DNA of 64,000 bases from Obrimoposthia wandeli (lineage: Eukaryota): NCBI GenBank assembly GCA_977020255.1, contig CDROCS010001764.1, positions 1-64,000 on the forward strand. The letters run 5' to 3'. How positions within the stretch are numbered: the stretch's first letter is position 1; every line of letters starts with the position of its first letter. Positions 10,249 to 19,462 of the stretch are shown here, piece by piece. The notes under the pieces were generated by a model. It had not been told where the DNA came from, did no database searches, and worked only from the letters and a program-made list of their open reading frames with translations. The translations under genes and the position numbers were made by a program.

Positions 10249-10368
10249 CATTCGCACTGTAATTATTAACTAATTTAAAGCAGCTACATTTCCAGTGCCT
10301 GTCTTATAACCCTAACACCTCGCTCCTTTATCGGAGGCGCCTAAATAAGCGCTGCTTAACGGGCAACA

Positions 10369-11703
10369 TCACCGCTGATGTACACGCTCACCGAACGAGT
10401 ATGTATATTTCACCGCGCGATCATCTCCAAGCATCATCAGCACAAACAAACGCTCTTCGATATTGGTTACATTTTGCATCCGCTGTGCCATCAAGGGAGT
10501 TGAACTTTGGTCGAGCACCACAAAATCGGCTTCTTTGCCCGGCTCAAAACTGCCTATTTTATCGTCTAGTCGCAATGCGCCAGCACCACCCAGTGTCGCC
10601 AGATACAAGGATTTAAACGGGCTCAGCTTACTCCCCTGTAATTGCATAACTTTGTAGGCTTCGTTGAGTGTCTGCAATATGCTAAAACTGGTGCCCGCAC
10701 CGACGTCAGTGCCTAAACCTACATTGACCTTGTGCTGCTCCATCTGCTGCAAGTTAAACAGTCCACTGCCGAGAAACAGATTGGAGGTCGGACAAAATGC
10801 GACGGCTGATCCAGTTTCAGCTAAGCGTTGACACTCGCTATCTTTTAAATGTACACCGTGGGCAAATACCGAGCGTTCGGTCAGTAGCTGATAGTGGTCA
10901 TAAACGTCTAAATAGCCGCTGCGCTCAGGAAACAGTTCTTTAACCCATTCAATTTCCTTCTGGTTTTCACACAAGTGTGTATGCAGGTAAAGATCTGGGT
11001 ACTCTTGCAGCAGTCTACCGGCCATCGCTAACTGTTCACCACTGCTAGTAGGTGCAAATCGCGGGGTCACCGCATAGTGTAAGCGCCCTTTACCGTGCCA
11101 GCGTTCTATTAACGCTTTGCTCTCATCATAGCTGCGCTGCGGCGTATCAAGCAGCGCTGGCGGTGCGTTGCGATCCATCATCACTTTGCCGCCAATCATC
11201 CGTAGATTACGCGCTTTTGCTGCGCTGAAAAACGCTTCAACAGATTGCGGGTGGACGGTGCCAAAGACTAGCGCCGAGGTTGTACCGTTGCGCAGTAGTT
11301 CATTGAGAAACACCTCCGCTATTTTTTCGCAGTGCTCAGGGTCCGCAAACTCAAGCTCCGCGGGAAAGGTATAGTTATTCAACCAGTCCAACAGCTGCTC
11401 TCCGTAGGAGGCAATCATCGCTGTTTGCGGGTAGTGAATATGGGTGTCGATAAACCCTGGGGTCAGTAAGGCATCGGGGAAAACCGTCACCTCCACTCCA
11501 ACACTGAGAGATGGCAACAACTCATGTGCCGGACCAAACTGTTCGATCAGCCCATCTTTTACCACCAGCAATCCATCGGCGTAATAACGATAGCTATTTT
11601 CCTCGCCTAATACAGCGGGATCACCGACACAGTCGATCATTGCGGCGCGGTAAGCGCGCCTCACTTGTGGAGTATTATCCATTATTTTCTCTCGATTATT
11701 CAC
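10369..11703 (-). CDS. guaD: Guanine deaminase (start may be ATG 11682)
   Basis: PGFIDTHIHYPQ, AVTPRFA, HTHLCEN, FAHGVH, GTDVGAG amidohydrolase motifs. Confidence 0.95.
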   Translation of the reverse strand: MNNREKIMDNTPQVRRAYRAAMIDCVGDPAVLGEENSYRYYADGLLVVKDGLIEQFGPAHELLPSLSVGVEVTVFPDALLTPGFIDTHIHYPQTAMIASYGEQLLDWLNNYTFPAELEFADPEHCEKIAEVFLNELLRNGTTSALVFGTVHPQSVEAFFSAAKARNLRMIGGKVMMDRNAPPALLDTPQRSYDESKALIERWHGKGRLHYAVTPRFAPTSSGEQLAMAGRLLQEYPDLYLHTHLCENQKEIEWVKELFPERSGYLDVYDHYQLLTERSVFAHGVHLKDSECQRLAETGSAVAFCPTSNLFLGSGLFNLQQMEQHKVNVGLGTDVGAGTSFSILQTLNEAYKVMQLQGSKLSPFKSLYLATLGGAGALRLDDKIGSFEPGKEADFVVLDQSSTPLMAQRMQNVTNIEERLFVLMMLGDDRAVKYTYSFGERVHQR

Positions 11704-11780
11704 TGTCTTAATTTACAGAGCTTGATGTTAAATTTTTTCTCACTACATAGAGCAAGCCAAGAGCCCTATGATCGTTCGAT

Positions 11781-12608
11781 TTAACTTGCTTGATTTTGTA
11801 CCTGTTGCGCCACACTATGAGGTTTTTTCACCTCAATCAGAGCACTATTGTAATGCGCGATTATTTGTCCAGCGATAGATATCGCAATTTCTATCGGTAG
11901 CTTTCCCTGCACCTGTGCCAAGCCAACCGGGCAAATCATTTGTTCTAATTGTTGCTCGCTCACGCCACGAGTGCGCAGGCGATGTTCAAATTTCACTCTT
12001 TTAGTGCGTGAGCCGATTAAACCAAAATAGGCGGCATCGTTGCGCTCTAATATCGCCTGGGCGAGACGTTGATCGAGTTGATGATTGTGGGTCATGACGA
12101 TGTAGTAACTTCCCGGTGCCTGCAAACCCACCTGCTCTACAGGTGTGTCACTAACGATGTTTTCCACCGCTAGTATTTCACTCCCCTTAAATTGCTCCGC
12201 TCGTTGATCTACCCAGCGTATGGCACAAGGTAGTTGCGCAAGAATCGGCACCAGCGCCTTCGCTACATGGCCTGCGCCAAAGACCACTATATTGGGCTGA
12301 CGACATTGCAAGGGCTCAAATAAGAGCGTGGTACTACCACCGCAGCACTGTCCCAAGCTAGCACCCAGCGAAAAGCTCTCTAAGCGCGGCTCATTTGCTT
12401 GCTCAACAATCATTTCCCGACATTGTGCAATGGCTTTGTACTCTAAGTGACCACCACCTATGGTGTCGTATTGACGGGTTGTCGTGACCAGCATTTTTGC
12501 ACCGCCATTGCGCGGCGTTGAACCTTTTTCTGCAATCACTGTGAGTAAGACAGCCGCCTCGCCGCTGCGCTCCACTTCTGCCAGAGCATTAATCCACGGC
12601 CTTCTCAC
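11781..12608 (-). CDS. xdhC: Xanthine dehydrogenase accessory protein
   Basis: GSTPR..GAKM, TIGGGHLE, LGQCCGG, VMTHNHQLD, GLIGSRTK; overlaps the xdhB stop by 4 nt. Confidence 0.93.
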   Translation of the reverse strand: MRRPWINALAEVERSGEAAVLLTVIAEKGSTPRNGGAKMLVTTTRQYDTIGGGHLEYKAIAQCREMIVEQANEPRLESFSLGASLGQCCGGSTTLLFEPLQCRQPNIVVFGAGHVAKALVPILAQLPCAIRWVDQRAEQFKGSEILAVENIVSDTPVEQVGLQAPGSYYIVMTHNHQLDQRLAQAILERNDAAYFGLIGSRTKRVKFEHRLRTRGVSEQQLEQMICPVGLAQVQGKLPIEIAISIAGQIIAHYNSALIEVKKPHSVAQQVQNQAS

Positions 12609-14989
12609 GACGGCACTCCCAACTCAGCAGCCTCATTGCGACGCTTTAGCGCTTCGATGGCCCACAGTACCCGTTCAGGAGTCGCTGGGGCGTCTATTTT
12701 AGGGCTTACCTTATAATCAGCCACACTGGCAATCGCATCTTTGATTGCGCAAAACACCGAGATCCCCAGCATGAAAGGAGGCTCTCCCACCGCTTTAGAA
12801 TGGTACACAGTGTCTTCAGCATTTTTACGATTTTCAACTAGGTTCACTCTAAAATCTAATGGAGCATCGCCAATGGCGGGTATTTTGTAGCTGGCAGGAC
12901 CCGTTGTCAGCAGTTTTCCTTTACCGTCCCAGACCAGTTCTTCACTGGTCAACCAACCGGCCCCCTGCACGAAGGCACCTTCAATTTGGCCAATGTCTAA
13001 GGCGGGATTGAGCGAGGCACCGACATCATGAAGTACGTCAGCCCGCAATATTTTGTACTCACCCGTCAACGTATCTACCAATACTTCCGACACGGCGGCA
13101 CCGAAGGCATAGTAGTAAAACGGTCGTCCGCGGGAATTTTCTCGATCATAGTGTATTTTAGGTGTGCGATAGAAACCGGTACTCGATAGCGATATTTGAT
13201 GGAAGTAAGCCAGTTCAATCAACTCTGCAAAGGGCAAAACTTGTTCACCGAGCGTGACAAAGTTATTGCTGAACACAATCTCGGCTTCAATGACATCAAA
13301 ATGCTGTGCGGCAAACGTTATCAATCGTTGCTTGATGGTTCGCGCGGCATTTTGTGCCGCCTTACCGTTGAGGTCAGTACCCGATGAAGCCGCCGTCGGC
13401 GAAGTATTAGGGACTTTGTCAGTATCGGTAGCACTGATCTGTATAGTATCGATATCTACTTGAAACTCTTGGGCCACTATTTGAGCTACTTTGGTGTTTA
13501 GCCCCTGCCCCATCTCTGTACCACCGTGATTTAAATGAATACTACCATCGGTGTATATATTGATTAACGCCCCCGCTTGGTTCAAAAATGTGGCGGTAAA
13601 AGAAATACCGAATTTAACGGGGGTCAACGCCAGCCCTTTTTTCAGTATTGGGCTATTTTGGTTGAAGGTACTGATTGCTTCACGACGTTGCCAATAATCG
13701 CTGCTCTGTTCTAGCTGGTCGATCATTGGTGCTAACGGGTTGTCCTCTACTTGCTGGTAATAGTGCGTGATATCACGTCCTGATGCACCATAGAAGTTTG
13801 CCTTGCGCACCGTCAGCGGGTCTAGCTGGAGGTTGCGCGCAATTTCATCCATCACTATCTCGGGCATAATAAGCCCTTGAGGTCCACCAAAACCACGAAA
13901 CGCCGTATTAGATGCCATGTTTGTTTTACAGCGATAGCCGGTTATTTTAGCATCCCCTAAGTAATAACAATTGTCGGCGTGGAACATCGCTCTATCGACG
14001 ATAGAGTTTGATAAATCGGGCGAGTAGCCGCAGTTCGCCGCCAATTGCATGCTATAACCTTTAATCACCCCACTGTCGTCATAACCTACCTGATATTGGT
14101 TATAAAATGGATGGCGTTTTCCCGTCATCGCCATATCATCGGCACGAGCTAAGCGCATTTTTGTCGGGCGCTGTGTGAGTTGTGCAATCACTGCGGCAAT
14201 ACAGGCAGGCGCGGCCGCCTGCGTTTCTTTACCACCAAAGCCTCCGCCCATACGGCGCATATCAATTTGTACTTTATTGAAAGATATTCCCAATACTTGT
14301 GCAACTAGCTTTTGCACTTCCGTCGGATGCTGGCTCGATGAATACACCTTCATCCCACCATCTTCCGTCGGCTCAACGCTGGCTATTTGTGTTTCTAAAT
14401 AAAAGTGCTCTTGGCCGCCAATGTGGACACTGCCACTGAGCTGATGCTCGGCACTTTTCAGCGTATTTTCTGCATCGCCGCGCTGCTGGGTGTGAGGAGC
14501 ACTGACGTAGTGTGCTAAACGCAAGGCCTCTTCTACATCTAATACGGCCTCTAGTTCTCGATATTCAACAATGGCCTTATGGGCAGCACGTCGCGCACTG
14601 TCGTAGTCCTTTGCCGCCACCGCTAAAATGGGTTGGCCATAGTATTGCACTATCCCATCAGCCAGTAGTGGATCACCTGGGAGTACTGCGCCAATATCTA
14701 GCTGACCGGGTACATCACCGGCAGTAATAACACAGGCGACTCCAGGTTCAGAATAACAAGGCGCTACATCCAATGTAATAATTTCTGCATGAGCGCAAGT
14801 CGACAGCAGCGCATAGACATGTAATTGATTCGGATACTCTAATCTGTCATCGATATAGAGCGCTTGCCCTGTGAGCTGTTTGGCTGCGCTCTCATGTTTG
14901 ACACTGCGACCTACGCCGCTCTTAAGTGGTTGTTGCGCTAATTGTTTCATTTGCGCCTGGGTCATTTTGTTACTACTTGCTTTAGACAT
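12605..14989 (-). CDS. xdhB: Xanthine dehydrogenase molybdopterin-binding subunit
   Basis: GGQEHFYLE, RRMGGGFGGKET, AFRGFGGPQG, TAASSGTD, SKAVGEPP. Confidence 0.97.
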   Translation of the reverse strand: MSKASSNKMTQAQMKQLAQQPLKSGVGRSVKHESAAKQLTGQALYIDDRLEYPNQLHVYALLSTCAHAEIITLDVAPCYSEPGVACVITAGDVPGQLDIGAVLPGDPLLADGIVQYYGQPILAVAAKDYDSARRAAHKAIVEYRELEAVLDVEEALRLAHYVSAPHTQQRGDAENTLKSAEHQLSGSVHIGGQEHFYLETQIASVEPTEDGGMKVYSSSQHPTEVQKLVAQVLGISFNKVQIDMRRMGGGFGGKETQAAAPACIAAVIAQLTQRPTKMRLARADDMAMTGKRHPFYNQYQVGYDDSGVIKGYSMQLAANCGYSPDLSNSIVDRAMFHADNCYYLGDAKITGYRCKTNMASNTAFRGFGGPQGLIMPEIVMDEIARNLQLDPLTVRKANFYGASGRDITHYYQQVEDNPLAPMIDQLEQSSDYWQRREAISTFNQNSPILKKGLALTPVKFGISFTATFLNQAGALINIYTDGSIHLNHGGTEMGQGLNTKVAQIVAQEFQVDIDTIQISATDTDKVPNTSPTAASSGTDLNGKAAQNAARTIKQRLITFAAQHFDVIEAEIVFSNNFVTLGEQVLPFAELIELAYFHQISLSSTGFYRTPKIHYDRENSRGRPFYYYAFGAAVSEVLVDTLTGEYKILRADVLHDVGASLNPALDIGQIEGAFVQGAGWLTSEELVWDGKGKLLTTGPASYKIPAIGDAPLDFRVNLVENRKNAEDTVYHSKAVGEPPFMLGISVFCAIKDAIASVADYKVSPKIDAPATPERVLWAIEALKRRNEAAELGVPS

Positions 14990-16424
14990 GATCAGCCACC
15001 CTTGTCGCTATCTCTGGAGAGGTTAGCTCGATAAAATAGCGTGTCAGCATATTCTGCGCGCTCAGCATTCGATATGCACTGGAAGCGCGAAAATCTGACA
15101 GTGGATTAAACTCTTCAGCCAACGCAACTTTCGCAAGATCGATACTCGCCATACACCAAGGCTTACCGCGCAATATTGCTTCACAACGTAATGCCCGTTT
15201 AGGTATCGCCGCCATACCGCCAAAGGCAATTCGCGCATCGACAATTAAACCTTGCTCTATTGTTAAATCAAAGCACCCTAATACCGCAGATATATCATCT
15301 TCCATACGCTTAGATAACTTATAACAACGCAGTGCAGTGTGAGCATCTGCTCGAGGTACTATAATCTTGCTAATAAATTCGCCCGCTTGCAGCGCCGTGA
15401 CTTTATAATCGATAAAATAGTCACTTAAGGGGATAGTTCGGGTTCCAGTAAGACTACACAGTTCAAGTTTCGCATCCAGAGCAAGTAGCACAGGTGGCGT
15501 GTCACCTATTGGTGAGGCATTAGCTATGTTCCCTCCCATCGTGCCTTGGTTACGAATTTGCAGCGAGGCAAAACGCTGTAACAAGGCAACAAAATCTGGA
15601 TACTCTGTGCTCAATACGGCTTCGCATTTGGTGAGGGAGAGAGCGGCGCCAAACTCAATATTACTTGCTGTGACGTTAACTTGCTGTAACTCACTAATGT
15701 CACACAATGAAATGAGCTGTGCTATCGGGCGATGGAACTGGGTAACCTGCAGTGCGAGGTCTGTACCACCAGCAACTAGCTGCGCGTCAGGGTAAGTTTC
15801 CAGCAAAGAAATTAACTCAGCGATGGTACGGGGATTAAAAGCCTTATGCTCTCGACATTCAATAGTCGGGACGTCATTTTGCTGTAGTGCTTTAAGTTGG
15901 CTGATGACAGCAGCTTCGCTCTGCTCGAATTGATCGACACTGTCATCTTGATACATCTGTTTGGCCGCATCGACAATCGGTCGGTATCCAGTACAGCGGC
16001 ATAAATTGCCGCCCAGGGCACGATGAATATCTTGCTCGTTCGCCTTGGCCACATTTTTGCCTAGCGCAAACATTGACATCACAAACCCCGGGGTACAAAA
16101 GCCGCACTGCGAGCCATGGCACTCTAACATCGCCTGTTGCGATTTATGTAGTTGCGCCCCTTGTTGTAAGTCTTCTACTGTAATTAATTGCTTGCCGTGA
16201 AGCGCGCTGATAAAAGTGAGGCAGGTATTAATACTGTTATAGCGTAATTGATCGCCCTCAAGGTGCGCGACAACCGCGGTGCAAGCGCCGCAATCACCAG
16301 AGGCACAGCCTTCTTTAGTGCCCGTTTTAGCAGCATTGCTTCGCAAGTATTGTAATACCGTAGTATTCGGATCTAATTGTTGTTCCGTGCACAGCTGCCG
16401 ATTGAGGAGAAATTTGATCACCAT
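14982..16424 (-). CDS. xdhA: Xanthine dehydrogenase small subunit (2x 2Fe-2S plus FAD)
   Basis: GCASGDCGAC, QCGFCTPG, LCRCTGY, AGGTDL, GGNIANASPIGD. Confidence 0.97.
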   Translation of the reverse strand: MVIKFLLNRQLCTEQQLDPNTTVLQYLRSNAAKTGTKEGCASGDCGACTAVVAHLEGDQLRYNSINTCLTFISALHGKQLITVEDLQQGAQLHKSQQAMLECHGSQCGFCTPGFVMSMFALGKNVAKANEQDIHRALGGNLCRCTGYRPIVDAAKQMYQDDSVDQFEQSEAAVISQLKALQQNDVPTIECREHKAFNPRTIAELISLLETYPDAQLVAGGTDLALQVTQFHRPIAQLISLCDISELQQVNVTASNIEFGAALSLTKCEAVLSTEYPDFVALLQRFASLQIRNQGTMGGNIANASPIGDTPPVLLALDAKLELCSLTGTRTIPLSDYFIDYKVTALQAGEFISKIIVPRADAHTALRCYKLSKRMEDDISAVLGCFDLTIEQGLIVDARIAFGGMAAIPKRALRCEAILRGKPWCMASIDLAKVALAEEFNPLSDFRASSAYRMLSAQNMLTRYFIELTSPEIATRVADHV

Positions 16425-16495
16425 GGCCTCCTTTGATTTTTTTATTCAGAGAATAAGCAGATTAAAAGGAAGGGCTATTGACAGTCAAGTAAAAG

Positions 16496-16511
16496 CTGAC
16501 TTTAGAGTCAA
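16496..16511. promoter_or_regulatory. RutR-like palindromic site upstream of xdhA
   Basis: CTGACT-TTAG-AGTCAA resembles TTGACC-N4-GGTCAA. A second palindrome, TTGACAGTCAA, lies at 16478-16488. Confidence 0.4.
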
Positions 16512-16619
16512 GTTTTAGGTGAATTCGTAAACTACACCTTTAAATCAGGTGAACAAGAAGACCTTGCCAAGCTTTATCGATCTATCCACATAACGTGGGG
16601 GAGATAACCGTGGCTGAGG

Positions 16620-17963
16620 CTATTGGTAAAACTCAAAGCAGTCTTTTCCTTGCTCTTTAGCGCGGTACATCGCCGAGTCGGCCATTGTCAGTAACTCTTG
16701 CATATCTCTAGTATCTGTCGGGAACGCACTAACCCCAATGCTAGCGCTAACTGTCAGATTACTTACCTGATCTTCGAAAGAAACCCTACAAAGCTTCAAC
16801 GTGTTATTGGCTATTCTGCCCAATATTTCCTTAGTTGCCCCCGCTATCACAAGTACAAATTCATCACCGCCAAAACGCACCACTAAATCACCTTGGCGTA
16901 GCGAATGTGTTAAATTTTTTGCCACATATTGTAACAACAGGTCACCTTGCTGGTGACCCAAGGTGTCGTTTATTGCCTTAAATCCATCTAAATCAATAAA
17001 TAGCACCCCCACCGTTTCCTTGTGCTGTATAGCTCTTGCGCGAATCAACGGTAAATGCTGTTCTAACATTCTTCGATTACCCAACCCTGTCAAAGGATCA
17101 GTTAGCGCCTGCTCCTTCCGTTTTATATGCTTCGAACGGTAATGACGCAGTGCCGTCGCCAGTAGAGCAATCAGTGATAGCGCTACAGTAATGTAAAAAA
17201 ACAACCACAACTGCTGACGCTCAATCCGGCGATCTAATTCTTCCAGATAGCGAGAAAACATCATATTTAATTGCGCTAGCTTTTCTTGCATACCCGAGTG
17301 GGCCAACTCCTCATTGAATTGAATGCTGGTTTTACGGTAATTCAAAAAAAAGGATAGATGCTTCATCGCATTAAACCAATCGCGTTGAAAGGGCTGAGAA
17401 AGCCTAGAGACATCAACCAAATTCCGTCCCGATCCTAGAGGTGTGTAGACTAATTGATACGTTAGAGCGTGTAACATTTCCTGTTCTAAGAAATGCTTTA
17501 GCTCGCTACCTTTAGCACTCGTTATTTCTTGATTACGCACAGCTCGTTCAATGTTTACATAAAGCAATTTTGATATTTGAGGTAAATAATTTACGGAGTT
17601 ACGCAGCAGAGCACTATTGGACTTGAGCGCCTCTATCAGCTCATATTTTTGTTCGAGTATTTCTTTTATCGGCTCTATAGCCAACATCAATTCCTGCGGT
17701 AATCGTGGCGGCTGATCTAGTGCGGTTAGCATTTGAGTATAAGCGGCATTCAATCCGTCATAATTGCGAAAATTCCAACTATCAAGTAACAGTAATTGAC
17801 GATCCAATTGGGTATCAAACTGCTCTAATTCACTTAGATATTGGTGAATTTCATCCTGATTATGCGTCAGGGATACGCGCTGTGCCTGATAATAGTAACC
17901 ACCTAATATCAGTGTGACAAACAGTACTGCTGCGAAGCCCCACTGTAGTACTTTAGACATCAA
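16620..17963 (-). CDS. Membrane diguanylate cyclase with periplasmic DAHL-like sensor domain
   Basis: TM1, LEQFDTQLD...RNYDGL...KSNSALLRNSVNYLP (DAHL-like), TM2, DPLTGLGNRR, DLDGFK, RQGD I-site, RFGGDEF; no EAL domain. Confidence 0.85.
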   Translation of the reverse strand: MMSKVLQWGFAAVLFVTLILGGYYYQAQRVSLTHNQDEIHQYLSELEQFDTQLDRQLLLLDSWNFRNYDGLNAAYTQMLTALDQPPRLPQELMLAIEPIKEILEQKYELIEALKSNSALLRNSVNYLPQISKLLYVNIERAVRNQEITSAKGSELKHFLEQEMLHALTYQLVYTPLGSGRNLVDVSRLSQPFQRDWFNAMKHLSFFLNYRKTSIQFNEELAHSGMQEKLAQLNMMFSRYLEELDRRIERQQLWLFFYITVALSLIALLATALRHYRSKHIKRKEQALTDPLTGLGNRRMLEQHLPLIRARAIQHKETVGVLFIDLDGFKAINDTLGHQQGDLLLQYVAKNLTHSLRQGDLVVRFGGDEFVLVIAGATKEILGRIANNTLKLCRVSFEDQVSNLTVSASIGVSAFPTDTRDMQELLTMADSAMYRAKEQGKDCFEFYQ

Positions 17964-18910
17964 GGCATAAGCTCCGGATGCGGCAAACCGGTTAAAGTGC
18001 GCAAAAAGGCTTCAATTAATGCGGTGTCTCTATCGTTGATAGTCGTTCCAAGCTGATGTTTAGCCATCAATTTAATAGTTTCGGCTAAGCTGCCGATTGA
18101 TCCATCGTGCAGATAGGGGGCCGTTTTTGCAACGTTACGTAAACTGGGCACCCGAAAAACCTGTTTATCCTTATCGCGATTAGTCAAAAGAAAACGGCCT
18201 AATGCTGTGTTGCTGTCACTTAGTGGGTAAGCTTTTACCACACCCAATTTTTGCACTAAGTTACCACCTATGTTCTTACCTTGGTGACAAGCTATACAAC
18301 CAAAGCTTTTAAACAAGGTATAACCTTGCTTCGCGGCTAGTGATATGGCGCGTTGATCACCTTGTAAATATTTATCAAAATCAGAAGGTGTAATGAGCGC
18401 ACTCTCATAAGCTGCTATCGCCTGGGTGACAAGCTCAGCGGTGATCTCCGCTTGATATACTTGTTCGAATCTATTGCGATATGCAGTATCCGCTTTAAGC
18501 CTAGCGAGTATCTCTAACCAACCGATGCCCATTACTTTTTCACCGCTGACCAACCTTTCAATTTGATCACTGGGTGAATTAATATTCGCCAGCCAACCCA
18601 ACTTATAAGTAGCCGTTAGATTAAAGATCGACGTCGAATTACGGGCGGTGAAATCGCCATTGAATTGAATTGGCCGAGGGGCGGCACTACTACCGCCATA
18701 GTCGAACTGGTGGCAGCTAGAGCAACTGGTTTTACGATCAGCTGATAGAATAGTGTCGAAAAAAAGTATTTTCCCCAAACGCATTTCATCTGTGATTTTG
18801 TCTGGCCATTTAACCGCTGAGATTGGAGGACCTTCGTGCGCGATTAGACGGCCGCTTAAAACAGCGGCTAAGCTAAAAATTATGGCAACGAAAAAGCATC
18901 GTAATCTCAA
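17960..18910 (-). CDS. Di-haem cytochrome c peroxidase family protein (atypical active site)
   Basis: Signal peptide, LGKILFFD..LS, CSSCH, CIACH, FRVPSLRNV, TAPYLHDGS. Its stop overlaps the DGC start (ATGA). Confidence 0.85.
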   Translation of the reverse strand: MRLRCFFVAIIFSLAAVLSGRLIAHEGPPISAVKWPDKITDEMRLGKILFFDTILSADRKTSCSSCHQFDYGGSSAAPRPIQFNGDFTARNSTSIFNLTATYKLGWLANINSPSDQIERLVSGEKVMGIGWLEILARLKADTAYRNRFEQVYQAEITAELVTQAIAAYESALITPSDFDKYLQGDQRAISLAAKQGYTLFKSFGCIACHQGKNIGGNLVQKLGVVKAYPLSDSNTALGRFLLTNRDKDKQVFRVPSLRNVAKTAPYLHDGSIGSLAETIKLMAKHQLGTTINDRDTALIEAFLRTLTGLPHPELMP

Positions 18911-18939
18911 CGCTCTCGCCTAATCTGCACAGACATACT

Positions 18940-19185
18940 TTAGCTGTTTTCTCTTTGCTCTAACTCAGTCAGTCGTAGCTCAAGAGCTTCAACTTTCGAT
19001 CTTGTGCGCTGTAAGACAGCCGCTTGGGCGTCAAATTCATCACGCGTGACCAAATCCATTTTCGCAAATGCGCTCTGCAGTAATGCTTTAACTTGATCTT
19101 GCCCTGGCAACTCTCCTCCCTTAGGCAAGTTGTTAATCAAATTAGAAAACTGCTGTGACAATCCTTCTTTTAACGATTCATTCAT
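18940..19185 (-). CDS. ubiK: Ubiquinone biosynthesis accessory factor UbiK (YqiC/BMFP)
   Basis: MDLVTRDEFDAQAAVLQRTRSKVEALE coiled-coil signature; divergent from amt/glnK as is common in gammaproteobacteria. Confidence 0.9.
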   Translation of the reverse strand: MNESLKEGLSQQFSNLINNLPKGGELPGQDQVKALLQSAFAKMDLVTRDEFDAQAAVLQRTRSKVEALELRLTELEQRENS

Positions 19186-19279
19186 CGCCTTAGCTCCTAA
19201 AAAAATACCTATATTAAATCCAGTATATCACAGCCGACTGGCGGGAAAACCAGAGAGTTCTTGATTCTGCTTTTCCTTG

Positions 19280-19296
19280 AGCACTCATTCGGTGCA
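19280..19296. promoter_or_regulatory. NtrC enhancer-like site
   Basis: AGCAC-TCATTCG-GTGCA fits TGCAC-N7-GTGCA; extra half-site GTGCA at 19311; about 85 bp upstream of a sigma54 motif. Confidence 0.6.
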
Positions 19297-19378
19297 ACCG
19301 ATAGAAGTTAGTGCATTTAAAACATGAACCCGAGCTCTTATATACATTAAGTAATTGTTTATAAAGGTTATATTAAGT

Positions 19379-19394
19379 TGGCACAGTTATCGCT
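19379..19394 (+). promoter_or_regulatory. Sigma54 -24/-12 promoter for amt
   Basis: TGGCAC-AGTTA-TCGCT: GG-N10-GC spacing. Confidence 0.7.
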
Positions 19395-19462
19395 TATACC
19401 CATTTGATTATGCATAAATCACCCCCCTTAACAACACATCGAAAGACTCATTGGAGATCAAC

